Part shown: in pieces, positions 1 to 9,037 of the stretch
Layout: each line of letters starts with the position of its first letter
Numbering within the stretch: position 1 is the first letter of the stretch
DNA from: a virus
Taxonomy: Duplodnaviria; Caudoviricetes
Reading direction: 5' to 3' (one strand)
IMG/VR virus record: IMGVR_UViG_3300050505_000036
Coordinates: 1-52,231 of that record
DNA length: 52,231 bases
Notes under the pieces: model-generated
Told to the model about the DNA's origin: nothing
The model's input: the letters and a program-made list of their open reading frames with translations, nothing else
Database searches by the model: none
Made by a program: the position numbers and the translations under genes

Positions 1-218
1 TCCAAGAAGACTTTCTGAAGTTCGATAGCGTACAAGTCCAGCAGCCCCCGCTCTGCCACGACCGCTTCGCACAACGATATGCAATTCAGGTCCAGCCCAA
101 AGACAAGCAATCCGGTTGGATGTTCAACCCAGATTTTTTCGGCAATGCTTGCCCACTTGCCGGTTGCTTCCCACCCACACGCCGCCGCCAGCCTGCGACA
201 TAGGTCTTCATCGCTCAT
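1..218 (-). CDS. Hypothetical phage protein, runs off left edge
   Basis: Manual translation MSDEDLCRRLAAACGWE...; start overlaps the end of the upstream gene. Confidence 0.6.
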   Translation of the reverse strand, partial: MSDEDLCRRLAAACGWEATGKWASIAEKIWVEHPTGLLVFGLDLNCISLCEAVVAERGLLDLYAIELQKVFL

Positions 219-651
219 CGGTCACGTCCTTTCGCAGCGCTCGGGCTCGCTCCACGGCATTCGCCGCCAGCCGGTCAATAGTTGTGACAGTCGCGTTTCC
301 TGATGAATTTGAAACGTGCCAGTATCTTTCAAGGGCTTCGATCACGGTCCATAGCTCCCGCTCGCGGGCCTCGTGCTGCACAACTAATGCGGCAAACTGC
401 CTTTCATGGTCCGCCCATACGCCCTTTGACATATTGGCGGCACACTCTCGCAGCGTCTTTTCGGTAGCTACGTGCTCGACTTCGCGGGCCAGCATCTTGG
501 CAAGATCATCGTTGGCCCGCTGTGCTGCGTCCCGCTCGGCGGTCAGTGCAGCGATGTGGGACAGCAGGCGTTCAGTATCGCTGTTGAAGAGGTCGCTAAC
601 TCGAATTGCGTCTAGCTGCTCATCGGTCAGGCGGGCGGGTGTGTCAGGCAT
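208..651 (-). CDS. Hypothetical coiled-coil phage protein
   Basis: ORF track; start reassigned to ATG 651 (MPDTPARLTDEQL). Confidence 0.65.
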   Translation of the reverse strand: MPDTPARLTDEQLDAIRVSDLFNSDTERLLSHIAALTAERDAAQRANDDLAKMLAREVEHVATEKTLRECAANMSKGVWADHERQFAALVVQHEARERELWTVIEALERYWHVSNSSGNATVTTIDRLAANAVERARALRKDVTDER

Positions 652-1129
652 GGCGTGCAACTCCAATTTGAATTCCCTTGTTCATGGCAAGACGGTATTG
701 ATCGCAAAGCCATTCAGCAAACTCACGACTCCGCACGTTTTCGGGCGGGCAGTTTTTAGATGGATCTGATGCTACAGATGGCCGCCAGCACTCAGCAAGG
801 CTACGCTCAATCTCGTCTGGCGTGTACCACGCGCAGGCAAACTCCCACGGTGTTTTCCCTTCGATGATGCGAGCCGGGTGGTCAGGCAATAGCTCAACTA
901 CACCTTCACCGCCACAAGCTGAGCAGCCTTCGCCACCACAGATGCCGCACTCTTCGCCACGGGCATCGCAGTGTTTGCAAATGTGTGTGCAGTCGGTTGG
1001 CTCATCGGGATCGAAGAACTCGCCGCAGCTTTCGTCCATCGCGAAGTTGCTGTTCTCCATCCAGTGGTGCGACATGCCTTGGCATTCGCTGCATCGTCGG
1101 CATTTTTGGGGTTCACTGTGCTGGGTCAT
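644..1129 (-). CDS. Cys-rich hypothetical protein (DnaJ-like CxxCxGxG motifs)
   Basis: CRRCSEC, CKHC, CGICGGEGCSACGGEG. Confidence 0.7.
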   Translation of the reverse strand: MTQHSEPQKCRRCSECQGMSHHWMENSNFAMDESCGEFFDPDEPTDCTHICKHCDARGEECGICGGEGCSACGGEGVVELLPDHPARIIEGKTPWEFACAWYTPDEIERSLAECWRPSVASDPSKNCPPENVRSREFAEWLCDQYRLAMNKGIQIGVARHA

Positions 1130-1290
1130 TGCGGTTGCTCCTGGGTATCACGGGTCTCGCCTTCGGCTGCTCGCAAAGCGTCGGCAACGCCTGCAAAGAA
1201 ATCTCCGATGCGTTCCGGCGTCCATTTTTTCATGTCCTCAACCTTCACGGAAATGTGAAACGCCAAAATGCCGACGATGGTCTCTTTCAT
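1126..1290 (-). CDS. Small hypothetical protein (54 aa)
   Basis: Manual translation MKETIVGILAFHISVKVEDMKKW...; ATGA coupling to next gene. Confidence 0.55.
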   Translation of the reverse strand: MKETIVGILAFHISVKVEDMKKWTPERIGDFFAGVADALRAAEGETRDTQEQPQ

Positions 1291-1311
1291 GGCTGGCTCG
1301 CTTCACGGGTC

Positions 1312-1617
1312 TCAGTCGCTGTCATGCTCACGCTCCATTTCGAGTTCGATCGCTTCAATTGCGGCGGCGTCGACCACCGACTGCTCGCAGCAGCCACAAT
1401 ACAGGCTGTCGGCATACATTCCAAATCCGATCGGCTTCATGCCATACTCGAACGCCTCTCGCCTGTCCATCGGTTGCAGCGGCACAATCTCAGGCTCGCG
1501 TACCGGCAGCGGGTCCAGACTATCTAGCACCCGTCGCACCGCGTTGGCAGCTATGCGGAGTTCCTGATCGTGCAGGCCGTGCAGTTCTTCGTGGACGAAA
1601 GAGGCTAGGTCAGTCAT
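1312..1617 (-). CDS. Hypothetical protein
   Basis: C-terminal part of track ORF 1312..1782; ATGA coupling at 1614-1617. Confidence 0.6.
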   Translation of the reverse strand: MTDLASFVHEELHGLHDQELRIAANAVRRVLDSLDPLPVREPEIVPLQPMDRREAFEYGMKPIGFGMYADSLYCGCCEQSVVDAAAIEAIELEMEREHDSD

Positions 1618-1928
1618 GGCAGGGTGTCCTCGAAAGTCTCGTGCTGCTCGCCAACAAGATTCAGCGGACCCTTGAGATTCTTGCTGGCCCACAATCGCAA
1701 GCCGATGTTGTTGCCCGGTCCAAGCTGATTGGCCAGCCAGCCGACGCACGGCCGTTCCTTGCCGACTGGCGAATCGTGGCAAGCCATCATTGAGACGGCG
1801 CCAAGGTTCAACGCTCCCGGCTTGGCGATGGTTGACTCCAACGCCTTATGCTTCACTTCGCAATAGCCGTTCGGAATATCGTGCGGGTCAACGTCGATCC
1901 GCCATGGGCACTTATCGCACTGGTTCAT
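1614..1928 (-). CDS. DUF6283-like Cys/His protein
   Basis: CDKCPWR...ACHDS...CVGWL...NNIGLRL pattern. Confidence 0.65.
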   Translation of the reverse strand: MNQCDKCPWRIDVDPHDIPNGYCEVKHKALESTIAKPGALNLGAVSMMACHDSPVGKERPCVGWLANQLGPGNNIGLRLWASKNLKGPLNLVGEQHETFEDTLP

Positions 1929-1940
1929 GCTCGTTCATCC

Positions 1941-2228
1941 TCACTGGTGGCTCGGGGGAGGGGTGGTGGCTGCTGCACGCCGCTTCAACTCGGCTCGCAT
2001 TGCACTGCGTTCTGCACAATCGTCGATGCGAGCCCAGTTTGGCAACGGGCCTTTCAGTCGCGCGGAAATGTCCGCCACGGCTTCCTCTAAGGCTTCGGTC
2101 GTCCAGCCGACATAGCCGTTGGATGTTTCCTTCATCGCCTTCTCTAAGTACTTCGCGTAAGTATCAGCCTTCATAGCTTCATGGTCCTTTCGTAAATTCC
2201 GCAAGAGTCGCCGAAAACTGCCGGCCAT
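1941..2228 (-). CDS. Hypothetical protein (start uncertain)
   Basis: ORF track, helical composition. Confidence 0.45.
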   Translation of the reverse strand: MAGSFRRLLRNLRKDHEAMKADTYAKYLEKAMKETSNGYVGWTTEALEEAVADISARLKGPLPNWARIDDCAERSAMRAELKRRAAATTPPPSHQ

Positions 2229-2401
2229 CTCTATCCCCCTCCCTCGCTCGGTCGCGAGAGTTTTTCCGCACTCACGGCTTGTAGTTTTCCATCGCGAATC
2301 GCCACGCGGCCAAAACTGCATCAATCACGCGCTCGACGTGTTGGCGACGTGCCGCATCGACAATGCTGGTTGATCGCATTCTCTTTTCGTCGAGCCATCG
2401 T

Positions 2402-2842
2402 TCAACATGCGGCCTCCAACTCGGTAATCGTCACCTCAACGTGTGGCTGCTCGTCACCCGCCGCGTACCATTTCTCGATCGAGCCGGCGCAAACCTGGCA
2501 ATCGTCGATCCACAATCGCCCCTTGAAACTGTCTAAAACGCATTTGTCCAAATTATCTCGATCAGGTTTGGATGAATGCCACGCTCGCGGCATAGGCCGC
2601 TTCTTCCAGACCAGTCTACCGGGCCGCGGGAACACGAAAACCAAGTCCACTCGAAGCGGTCCAGCGAGTTGATGTCCCTGGTACGCCTGCTGTGCCGCCA
2701 TGCGGGCCGTAGCCTTGAATACGTTGGCTGGCGAGTCCTTGGGGGTGTAATGGCTGGCAAACTGCCGTCCACCCGCAGCAACGATCCTGGTGCGTTTACG
2801 GGGCTCTGCGACCGGCATGGCTGGAATTGTGAATCGGATCAT
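2402..2842 (-). CDS. rusA: RusA-family Holliday junction resolvase
   Basis: KPDRDNLDKCVLDSF...WIDDCQV catalytic motif; GPLRVDLVFVFPRP. Confidence 0.9.
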   Translation of the reverse strand: MIRFTIPAMPVAEPRKRTRIVAAGGRQFASHYTPKDSPANVFKATARMAAQQAYQGHQLAGPLRVDLVFVFPRPGRLVWKKRPMPRAWHSSKPDRDNLDKCVLDSFKGRLWIDDCQVCAGSIEKWYAAGDEQPHVEVTITELEAAC

Positions 2843-3120
2843 CCTTGGGGCTGCTCCTTAGGGAAGAGGAGACGCTTGGCGTCGGACTTGCTCCAAGCAA
2901 GATTCGGGAACGTCATGTAGCCTTGCTCGTAAGCGTCCTTCACCAGCGCCCGTAGGCGGGCTATCTCTGCCAGACAGGAGGGGAGGTCAGTACGAGCATG
3001 TGAGATGAAATCCGAGTCTGGCATCCATGCGCCGATTGCAGTCCTCCATTGCTTCTCTGCCGCCTCGCAGCGTTCGAGCATCTGCTGTTCAGCAGGGGTG
3101 AGTAGGGAGCGGTCAAGCAT
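2839..3120 (-). CDS. Hypothetical phage protein
   Basis: DFISHARTDLPSCLAEIARLR motif typical of small phage early proteins; coupled. Confidence 0.65.
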   Translation of the reverse strand: MLDRSLLTPAEQQMLERCEAAEKQWRTAIGAWMPDSDFISHARTDLPSCLAEIARLRALVKDAYEQGYMTFPNLAWSKSDAKRLLFPKEQPQG

Positions 3121-3403
3121 TGGGGGTCTCCTTGGTCAGCACAAAGCATCGTCGATGTGTGTCGATTGTGATTAGCAATGTGCCGCCCGATCGCAGTCTC
3201 TCCAGGTCTGCGTGTGGTATATCAATCTTTCCACCATTCCGATCAGTCAGCACCGTCAAAAATAGAATGTCCTCGTGACATTGCCGCTCCATCTGGTCGT
3301 AGCGCTCCAGGACGGCGCGCAGGGCCAGAATATCGCTCGCCTTCCGTAGGTCGCCGTGCAGGGTGCGTACTCGCGCTAGCTGGGATTCGTAATCTTCAGG
3401 CAT
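3113..3403 (-). CDS. Hypothetical protein
   Basis: ORF track; overlaps neighbours. Confidence 0.6.
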   Translation of the reverse strand: MPEDYESQLARVRTLHGDLRKASDILALRAVLERYDQMERQCHEDILFLTVLTDRNGGKIDIPHADLERLRSGGTLLITIDTHRRCFVLTKETPNA

Positions 3404-3560
3404 CGGATTCTTCCTCCACGTCGTCTTGATCGTCCGTCACTTCGTAATCCAATATCCTGCCGCAGAGCGGGCATAGCCAGCGAACGAAATCGTAACTGCG
3501 CTGGGCCATCGCAAAGACGTTCTTGTCGCAATGCAGGCAGTAGATCGTTTCTTCAGGCAT
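3396..3560 (-). CDS. Small Zn-ribbon protein (54 aa)
   Basis: Manual translation MPEETIYCLHCDK...WLCPLCGR...acidic tail. Confidence 0.6.
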   Translation of the reverse strand: MPEETIYCLHCDKNVFAMAQRSYDFVRWLCPLCGRILDYEVTDDQDDVEEESDA

Positions 3561-3563
3561 CGG

Positions 3564-3956
3564 CTATCCCCCCATCTCCTTTCTTGTGTGGTCCACCAAA
3601 GCCTTGTAGCGGGTCCAATAGACGCTCAAGCGTGAAGGCGGCGGTGCGGGTGGTCTCAGTATGAACGGCTGATCCTGCAATACATGCCGATACTGCACCA
3701 CGTCCCGATAGCGAACCGCCTGGCCGATGATCCGCAGTTCAATCTCTCGGCTTCGACGCATCCAGTTCTCACGCTCGTCAATCTTCGCCTCGCAGACGAC
3801 TGGGGTTCTCGCGTCGAGCAGTTCGTTGACCAGCATCTCGCCGCACCTATAGGCCATGCGGTCCCGGTGCATCTTCATTAGGTCGAGGTTGCTGTATCGC
3901 AACTCTTCCTGATCGATCTCGTAGCGGTAAACGATGTCCTTCATCGTCTTCTCCAT
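3564..3956 (-). CDS. Hypothetical protein
   Basis: ORF track. Confidence 0.6.
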   Translation of the reverse strand: MEKTMKDIVYRYEIDQEELRYSNLDLMKMHRDRMAYRCGEMLVNELLDARTPVVCEAKIDERENWMRRSREIELRIIGQAVRYRDVVQYRHVLQDQPFILRPPAPPPSRLSVYWTRYKALVDHTRKEMGG

Positions 3957-4453
3957 TCAGCCGGCACAACCTTCATCTCCGGGAGTCTCCCGACGTGGTG
4001 ATGCTCGGCCAGCCATTCAAGATCCAACTCGCCCATCTCGTCCTTTAGGTACATGCAGTAAGGCAACCCAAAGCTCTTGTCTAAACGCTCATGGCATCGC
4101 CGGCAAAGCATGATGTATCCTGCCGGTCCTTCTCCCTTCGTTCCCTGCGCGCCAGAAATCATGTGGTTCAGGTCCAGGTGAACCTTGTGGTGGTCCGGTG
4201 GCCATGCTCCGTGGTTCGCGTCGTGCCATTCGCCTTCTACGGCCAAGCAACAGGCGCAGGCGCTATGGGTCCGCCTGTACTCGTCCTTCATGGCCTTGAC
4301 GCTGGGCGCTCGTCTACGGGCCTTCAGTGAGGCGTGCGGCAGCCGCTTTGCCTTCTTCGCCGCCGCTTTCTGGATCAACTGGCGGAAGCGGTCCACCAGG
4401 TCGCTCGGCAACTGCACCTCGAAGGCGGCTATCTCTCGGTCCAGGGAGTTCAC
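3941..4453 (-). CDS. HNH-like Zn-binding nuclease (nin-region type)
   Basis: CACC...DLNHMI...LCRRCH. Confidence 0.6.
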   Translation of the reverse strand: MNSLDREIAAFEVQLPSDLVDRFRQLIQKAAAKKAKRLPHASLKARRRAPSVKAMKDEYRRTHSACACCLAVEGEWHDANHGAWPPDHHKVHLDLNHMISGAQGTKGEGPAGYIMLCRRCHERLDKSFGLPYCMYLKDEMGELDLEWLAEHHHVGRLPEMKVVPAEWRRR

Positions 4454-4884
4454 GATGGCACTCCTGCTTGCGGTCCAACAAACTCCATCGGCGGCAACGG
4501 AATTGTGCCGGGCGAATCAACTCCCCAGTCCCATTGTCCGCCGCTCTTGACGAACAACTCCCGCTCCTGCTCCATCTCCTCTTGTGTCTGCGGCCTCCAT
4601 AGGTGCAGGCAGTACGGATGATGATTCACGTATTGAGACTTCGGCGGATGGAGCTGCATCACGGTTTCCTCTTCGCCAAAGAAGATGCCTTTGACGTAGC
4701 ACATTTCCTCCCAAGTCGGGCAGCGCGTCCGCAGGGATACGCTGACGTGCTCCCAGCCGCCTGCTGCACTCGCGATTACTCTCAGGCAGGCATTGCCACG
4801 GTGGAACGTGAACGCCCCGTAGTTCGTGCGTGCAGGGCCTTCAATCCGGTGCATCTCGGCTTGAATGTTCGGGGTCGGTTTCAT
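4450..4884 (-). CDS. Conserved phage protein of unknown function
   Basis: WEHVSVS..RCPTWEEMC..K.IFF...QLHP...YVNHHPYCLHLWRP widespread phage family motif. Confidence 0.75.
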   Translation of the reverse strand: MKPTPNIQAEMHRIEGPARTNYGAFTFHRGNACLRVIASAAGGWEHVSVSLRTRCPTWEEMCYVKGIFFGEEETVMQLHPPKSQYVNHHPYCLHLWRPQTQEEMEQERELFVKSGGQWDWGVDSPGTIPLPPMEFVGPQAGVPS

Positions 4885-4911
4885 TCACTCAACTCCTTCG
4901 CCTTCTCCAAC

Positions 4912-6735
4912 TCAAAATCCGTCGGTCGTTCCGCCATACTCTCCAAAATCATCGGCCTCGCGAAGCGGCTTACGATCCGGAATGACCATCTGACGGCCAG
5001 CAACGAATCGACATTGCACCAAGTGCCTTACCGTCTCGCGGTTCCGATTCTTCGCCACAAAGAATTGGTATTCTTCCTTCGGCTTGTGCTGGTCGAGCTT
5101 CCACGGCCAGACCATGAAGATTACAACATCGGCGTCTTGCTCAAGCTGCCCGCTGTCTTTGATGTCGGCCAGGACGGGGATGAACGGTCCCTTGCGATTC
5201 TCGATGTCTCGGTTCAATTGGCAGAGTGCCACCAGGACGATATTGTGCCGAGAAGCTGCGGCCCGCAATTCTGTGCTGGTGTGCGTCACCTGTTCATAGC
5301 GTGACTTTCCAGGGGATCGAAGAAGTTGGGCATAGTCAACGATGACCATCTGGATCTTGTGCTTTTCGACGGCATGGTCAATCTGTTCGACCGCCGCCTC
5401 AATGGTCCCGCACGACTCGGCAAGAATTGCCGGCTTGTGCTTCTCGCGGTAGTAAGCCATTGAGGCTTTGAGTTCGCCGGTCGACGAACGCCACTGGTCG
5501 CGCGGAACGTCGCTGATGTATTGCAGGGTCCGCTTGCCGAGTGCAAGTGCCGACATTTCCTCGCTGATGATGAGACATGGTCTTTCTGTCTCGGTCCAAT
5601 AGTGGACCATTTGGAGAGCCACAGCTGACTTGCCGTGCGACGGGCGGGCGCACAGGAGAACCATTTCACCGGGCTCAACGCCGCCCTCCATCGCGTAGTC
5701 GAGGTCTCCGATTCCGGTCTCGATCATTACCGCCGTGCCGCTCTCGTATCGAGCAATGCACTTATCGGCAGCGTCGGCCAGTGTGCTTACTCTCGGTTCG
5801 GACTTCGGCCGCGGTGCCACGTACTTCGGAACCTTGACCGCCGCCCAGTTCTCAGGGATCACATTTCTGAGGTAGTTCCGCTCGCCGGCCTGCTTCGATG
5901 CGCTGTCGATCTTATGCAGGACTTCCCGGTCAGACCAAGGCGGTTGGCAAAGCTGGTTGTACTCGCGAAACAATTCGATGGCCGCGTTCTTGTTCAGACC
6001 GAATCCCAAAATCAAAACACAAGCAACGTGGAATGCCGCGTTGTGACCGCCCTGCCCACTTACGGCGCCGGGGAGCTTGGCGATGTACTTCCTGGCTCGC
6101 TCAATCACGCTGGAATCGTCGTAGAAGCCGTTCACGCGGTTGGCGGGCGTGAATGTCGGCTCGGTCCAGAACCGCTTGCAAATGGCTTCCAACTTCGCCT
6201 GGCGTGCCATCGCGTCTCCAGGTCCACGGAGCTTCCAGCCTGTCATCGCGAAGTAGCGGAGCTTGTCGTAAACCTCGATGGCGGGCGTCTTGTCCGAGAC
6301 TCGCTCTTGGTCGAGTTCCTTCTTGCGGCCTGAATCGAACGGACTCTTGGCGATGATGAAAATCTTGATGCCGGTTCCCGATGGCGAGACTTCCGCGTAA
6401 CTGTCGAGGTCCAAGATGATCTCGCGCGCCCAGTCGGCAACTTTGCCGGTCTCGGGATTGCGTGCGCCATCCAAATCAATCCCGCAGAATTCGTCAGTTT
6501 CAGAAAACTCAAAACCTATGCCGCTGTATCCGCCTTTGCTGTAGTGGGCGACAGCGATTTCAAATGAAGTCCAAGTCGAGGGGTCGTTTGCCTTCGCGAG
6601 TTTCCCGTCAACTTGAAATGGTAGTTTCGTCGGTGCTTCGCTTTCACTCCTAGATGCCATCTTCCAAACGACCCATTGTGGAAGTTCACGCAAAGCCAGT
6701 GGGATCGAATCGAGTTTGATTTCAGTTTGAATCAT
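4912..6735 (-). CDS. Primase-polymerase (AEP, NrS-1-like) / PriCT-like / DnaB-type SF4 helicase fusion
   Basis: N-term QWVVWK, GIDLDG, YAEVSPSGTG; C-term ARPSHGKS Walker A, IVDYAQL, QLNR, DSGQLEQDADVV, KNRN; ATGA coupling at 6732-6735. Confidence 0.9.
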   Translation of the reverse strand: MIQTEIKLDSIPLALRELPQWVVWKMASRSESEAPTKLPFQVDGKLAKANDPSTWTSFEIAVAHYSKGGYSGIGFEFSETDEFCGIDLDGARNPETGKVADWAREIILDLDSYAEVSPSGTGIKIFIIAKSPFDSGRKKELDQERVSDKTPAIEVYDKLRYFAMTGWKLRGPGDAMARQAKLEAICKRFWTEPTFTPANRVNGFYDDSSVIERARKYIAKLPGAVSGQGGHNAAFHVACVLILGFGLNKNAAIELFREYNQLCQPPWSDREVLHKIDSASKQAGERNYLRNVIPENWAAVKVPKYVAPRPKSEPRVSTLADAADKCIARYESGTAVMIETGIGDLDYAMEGGVEPGEMVLLCARPSHGKSAVALQMVHYWTETERPCLIISEEMSALALGKRTLQYISDVPRDQWRSSTGELKASMAYYREKHKPAILAESCGTIEAAVEQIDHAVEKHKIQMVIVDYAQLLRSPGKSRYEQVTHTSTELRAAASRHNIVLVALCQLNRDIENRKGPFIPVLADIKDSGQLEQDADVVIFMVWPWKLDQHKPKEEYQFFVAKNRNRETVRHLVQCRFVAGRQMVIPDRKPLREADDFGEYGGTTDGF

Positions 6736-7253
6736 ACATGCGCCCACGTCTTGCGATGAACGATGCGATAAATGCCGCTGGTAGTCACGCCGAACAACCT
6801 GCCCATGCTGGCAAGGCTCTCGCCGTCGGAAACGCGATTGCGAATTTCCTTGACCTGTTCGGGTTTCAATTTTGCGCATCCATGCTGCTCGCCTCGCGGA
6901 AATGTAAGCCTCCCGTTTCGGCTGGCATCGACCTTGTTTTCCCTTGGGGTTCCCCAGCGGAGATTGGAAATACAGTTGTTGGAAACATCGTCGTCCCAAT
7001 GCAATCCCTGCATTCCATCCGGGCATGGTCCGACAAAGGCTTCCAGAACAAGCCGATGCACCTGAATCCATTTGCGGTCAATGTCAACTCGGAGCCTGCC
7101 CTTACGAGGCGTCGGCCTTGGTTTCATTTTCCGCCACTTTCGGCCGCGGCTATATCGACAACTCCAAACGGAGCCGTCGTCGCCAACGCAATATCCAGCG
7201 TGATTTGGGCAGTGGCGAAATTCAACTCCATCTTGAATTGGAAACTCGGTCAT
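6732..7253 (-). CDS. HNH homing endonuclease (NUMOD4-like + HNH + C-terminal HTH)
   Basis: YCVGDDGSVWS, VHRLVLEAFVGPCP..HWDD..NN..NLRWGT, AKLKPEQVKEIR. Confidence 0.85.
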   Translation of the reverse strand: MTEFPIQDGVEFRHCPNHAGYCVGDDGSVWSCRYSRGRKWRKMKPRPTPRKGRLRVDIDRKWIQVHRLVLEAFVGPCPDGMQGLHWDDDVSNNCISNLRWGTPRENKVDASRNGRLTFPRGEQHGCAKLKPEQVKEIRNRVSDGESLASMGRLFGVTTSGIYRIVHRKTWAHV

Positions 7254-7756
7254 CGTCTGCGCTCCGGGAAAGGCTTGCCAGTTGCTTCCGTATAGGCTTT
7301 TTGGCTGAGTTTGTCGGCTGCTTCGTTCTGCTCGCGCGGTATCCAGTTCGCCACCCAATTGCGGCACGCGAGCAATTCCAAACACCGATCTTTGAAGGCT
7401 TGCAGATGCGGCTTATTCACCCGCCAGGCACCGCTGAGTTGCTTCACGACCAATTGCGAATCGCCGAAGATTTCAAGCCTACTCTTGATCTTCGATTCAT
7501 CGACCCATCGCAACGCGAATCCCAATGCGCACCATTCGGCCACGTTGTTTGTAGCCTTCGCTCCGCGACAGACTTCGCCGTGACCGCTGGCAACGATCTT
7601 GCCTTCGTGATCCACGATGAGCCAGCCATAGGTGGCCACGCCGCCGGGATTCGTCGGCTCACATGCGCCGTCGAAGTAGACCTTCAGGACCGGCACGATG
7701 ATTCCGTGGCTTTCCAAAACTTGCGGCAGGAGTTCTCCAATCGATTTAACGCTCAC
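7250..7756 (-). CDS. Ribonuclease HI-family protein
   Basis: YFDGAC, TNNVAE, GDSQLV, WIPREQNEAAD: D-E-D-D residues intact. Confidence 0.9.
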   Translation of the reverse strand: MSVKSIGELLPQVLESHGIIVPVLKVYFDGACEPTNPGGVATYGWLIVDHEGKIVASGHGEVCRGAKATNNVAEWCALGFALRWVDESKIKSRLEIFGDSQLVVKQLSGAWRVNKPHLQAFKDRCLELLACRNWVANWIPREQNEAADKLSQKAYTEATGKPFPERRR

Positions 7757-8604
7757 TCGCCGGGCCTCCGGTAAGGGTCGTAGTCGGCCATGTCTTCGGG
7801 GGTCGCCGGTCTCGGCTTGTCGCTGACCGTCGAGCCTTCAGGCTCTCGCAGACCTTGCCAGCCCATTGCGATCGTATGCTTGATGGCCGCGATAGCGCGT
7901 CGCTGGCCCAAACCTTGAAGCATCTCCAGCATCCCCTCGCCCATCGTTTGCGTGACGGGCTTGTGCTTCTCGACTCGAAACTTCAACCACCGTTCCCATT
8001 GGTCCTTGAACTCCTGGGAGTCCAGTGATTCGGGGATTGAAAGAAGGGGGAAAGGGGGTTTTTTCTTCTTACTCTTCTCTTCTCTTCTCTTCTCTTCTCT
8101 GTGCGTTACTGTAACGTTACTAGTAACGTTATCCGTCACGTTACTTTTACCGTTACGTTTTGCTCTCAATCTGGCTTGGCGTTCGGCGTTGTTTGTTCTC
8201 AGTCTGTCCTCTGGGGAACTGTTGTCACGAAAGAACTTAGGAAAACAAATGCTGCCTGATTGAAGTTCCACTGCCCACCCAATTGCTCCCATTGCATTAC
8301 CGAAACAAGGCAGGTCTGACATCGCAGAAAGCGTTTCAAAGTTGCAATGGTCGATAATCAAATCGTCGTTTTCTCGCCTTCCTTGCTCGCGCGCCGTGCC
8401 CCACGTAACGCCCAGGGCCGTTACGCATAACGCGACAGTAACGTTACGCGTAACGTGCTCGTATGCGGTCACCTTGCAGGATTGCCTAACTGGGTCGGTA
8501 AGCCAGTCGATGAACCGGCGTTGCTCTGCTAGATAGTCGGCCATCCGAATGACCTTTGGGTCTTTGGAAAGCCAAACTCGCATCTTCACCCAGTCGCCAG
8601 CCAT
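7753..8604 (-). CDS. Phage replication initiator (lambda O-like architecture)
   Basis: MAGDWVKMR start, NAERQARLR, low-complexity linker with DNA iterons, helical C-domain ending GWQGL. Confidence 0.8.
   Translation of the reverse strand: MAGDWVKMRVWLSKDPKVIRMADYLAEQRRFIDWLTDPVRQSCKVTAYEHVTRNVTVALCVTALGVTWGTAREQGRRENDDLIIDHCNFETLSAMSDLPCFGNAMGAIGWAVELQSGSICFPKFFRDNSSPEDRLRTNNAERQARLRAKRNGKSNVTDNVTSNVTVTHREEKRREEKSKKKKPPFPLLSIPESLDSQEFKDQWERWLKFRVEKHKPVTQTMGEGMLEMLQGLGQRRAIAAIKHTIAMGWQGLREPEGSTVSDKPRPATPEDMADYDPYRRPGE
8040..8160. repeat. Iteron cluster (GTAACG/CGTTAC) plus (CTCTT)5 tract: putative replication origin
   Basis: Several GTAACG/CGTTAC copies at 8104-8157 and a second cluster at 8405-8455, inside the initiator gene. 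Confidence 0.65.
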
Positions 8605-8646
8605 GCCTTGTGCTTCCGTTGCAAGTCCGTGGCAGCCCCTATCGTT

Positions 8647-8698
8647 AGTCTAAGAATCTGGACAAGCGAAGTCAAACAATAAATCCAAGAATCTAGAC
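8647..8698 (-). promoter_or_regulatory. Sigma70-like promoter with two operator-like repeats
   Basis: TTGACT-17-TAGACT; TCTAAGAATCTGGAC (8649) and TCCAAGAATCTAGAC (8684). Confidence 0.6.
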
Positions 8699-8702
8699 TT
8701 TG

Positions 8703-9020
8703 CTACTTGTCGAGAGTCTTCAGGAACTTGTCTGGCGGGACCAGCTTTCGCCAATCATCCAAGCCAAGCCGTTCGGCGATGGCAGCCCAAAGTCTGACGG
8801 CCGGGACGAAATCCCCTCGCAGCCAGTTGAAGACGGAGGCACGCGATACCTCTGCGGCCGTCGCAAGCGCTTCCTCGGAAACACCCTTGGACCGCATTAA
8901 ATGCCCCAGGTAGAGCGCGAACTGACCCTCGGGTGTTTTGGGGTCTGGGTTCTTCTCGCGCGGTCTGGCGGCCACGTTTCGGCTCCTGGGAGCCTTCAGG
9001 GTAATTGAGTCGGTGGTCAC
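8703..9020 (-). CDS. XRE-family HTH regulator
   Basis: SEEALATAAEVSRASVFNWLRG..P; GTG start after GGGAG. Confidence 0.8.
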   Translation of the reverse strand: MTTDSITLKAPRSRNVAARPREKNPDPKTPEGQFALYLGHLMRSKGVSEEALATAAEVSRASVFNWLRGDFVPAVRLWAAIAERLGLDDWRKLVPPDKFLKTLDK

Positions 9021-9037
9021 AATCAAATCTCCCAAGT

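Noticed and set aside
6736-7071. N-terminal extension of the primase-helicase in the ORF track (719 aa)
   Set aside because: Overlaps the HNH gene in another frame; ATGA coupling supports a start at 6735
8072-8100. (CTCTT)n as a phase-variable microsatellite
   Set aside because: Encodes the REEKRREEK linker typical of phage initiators next to the origin; frame intact
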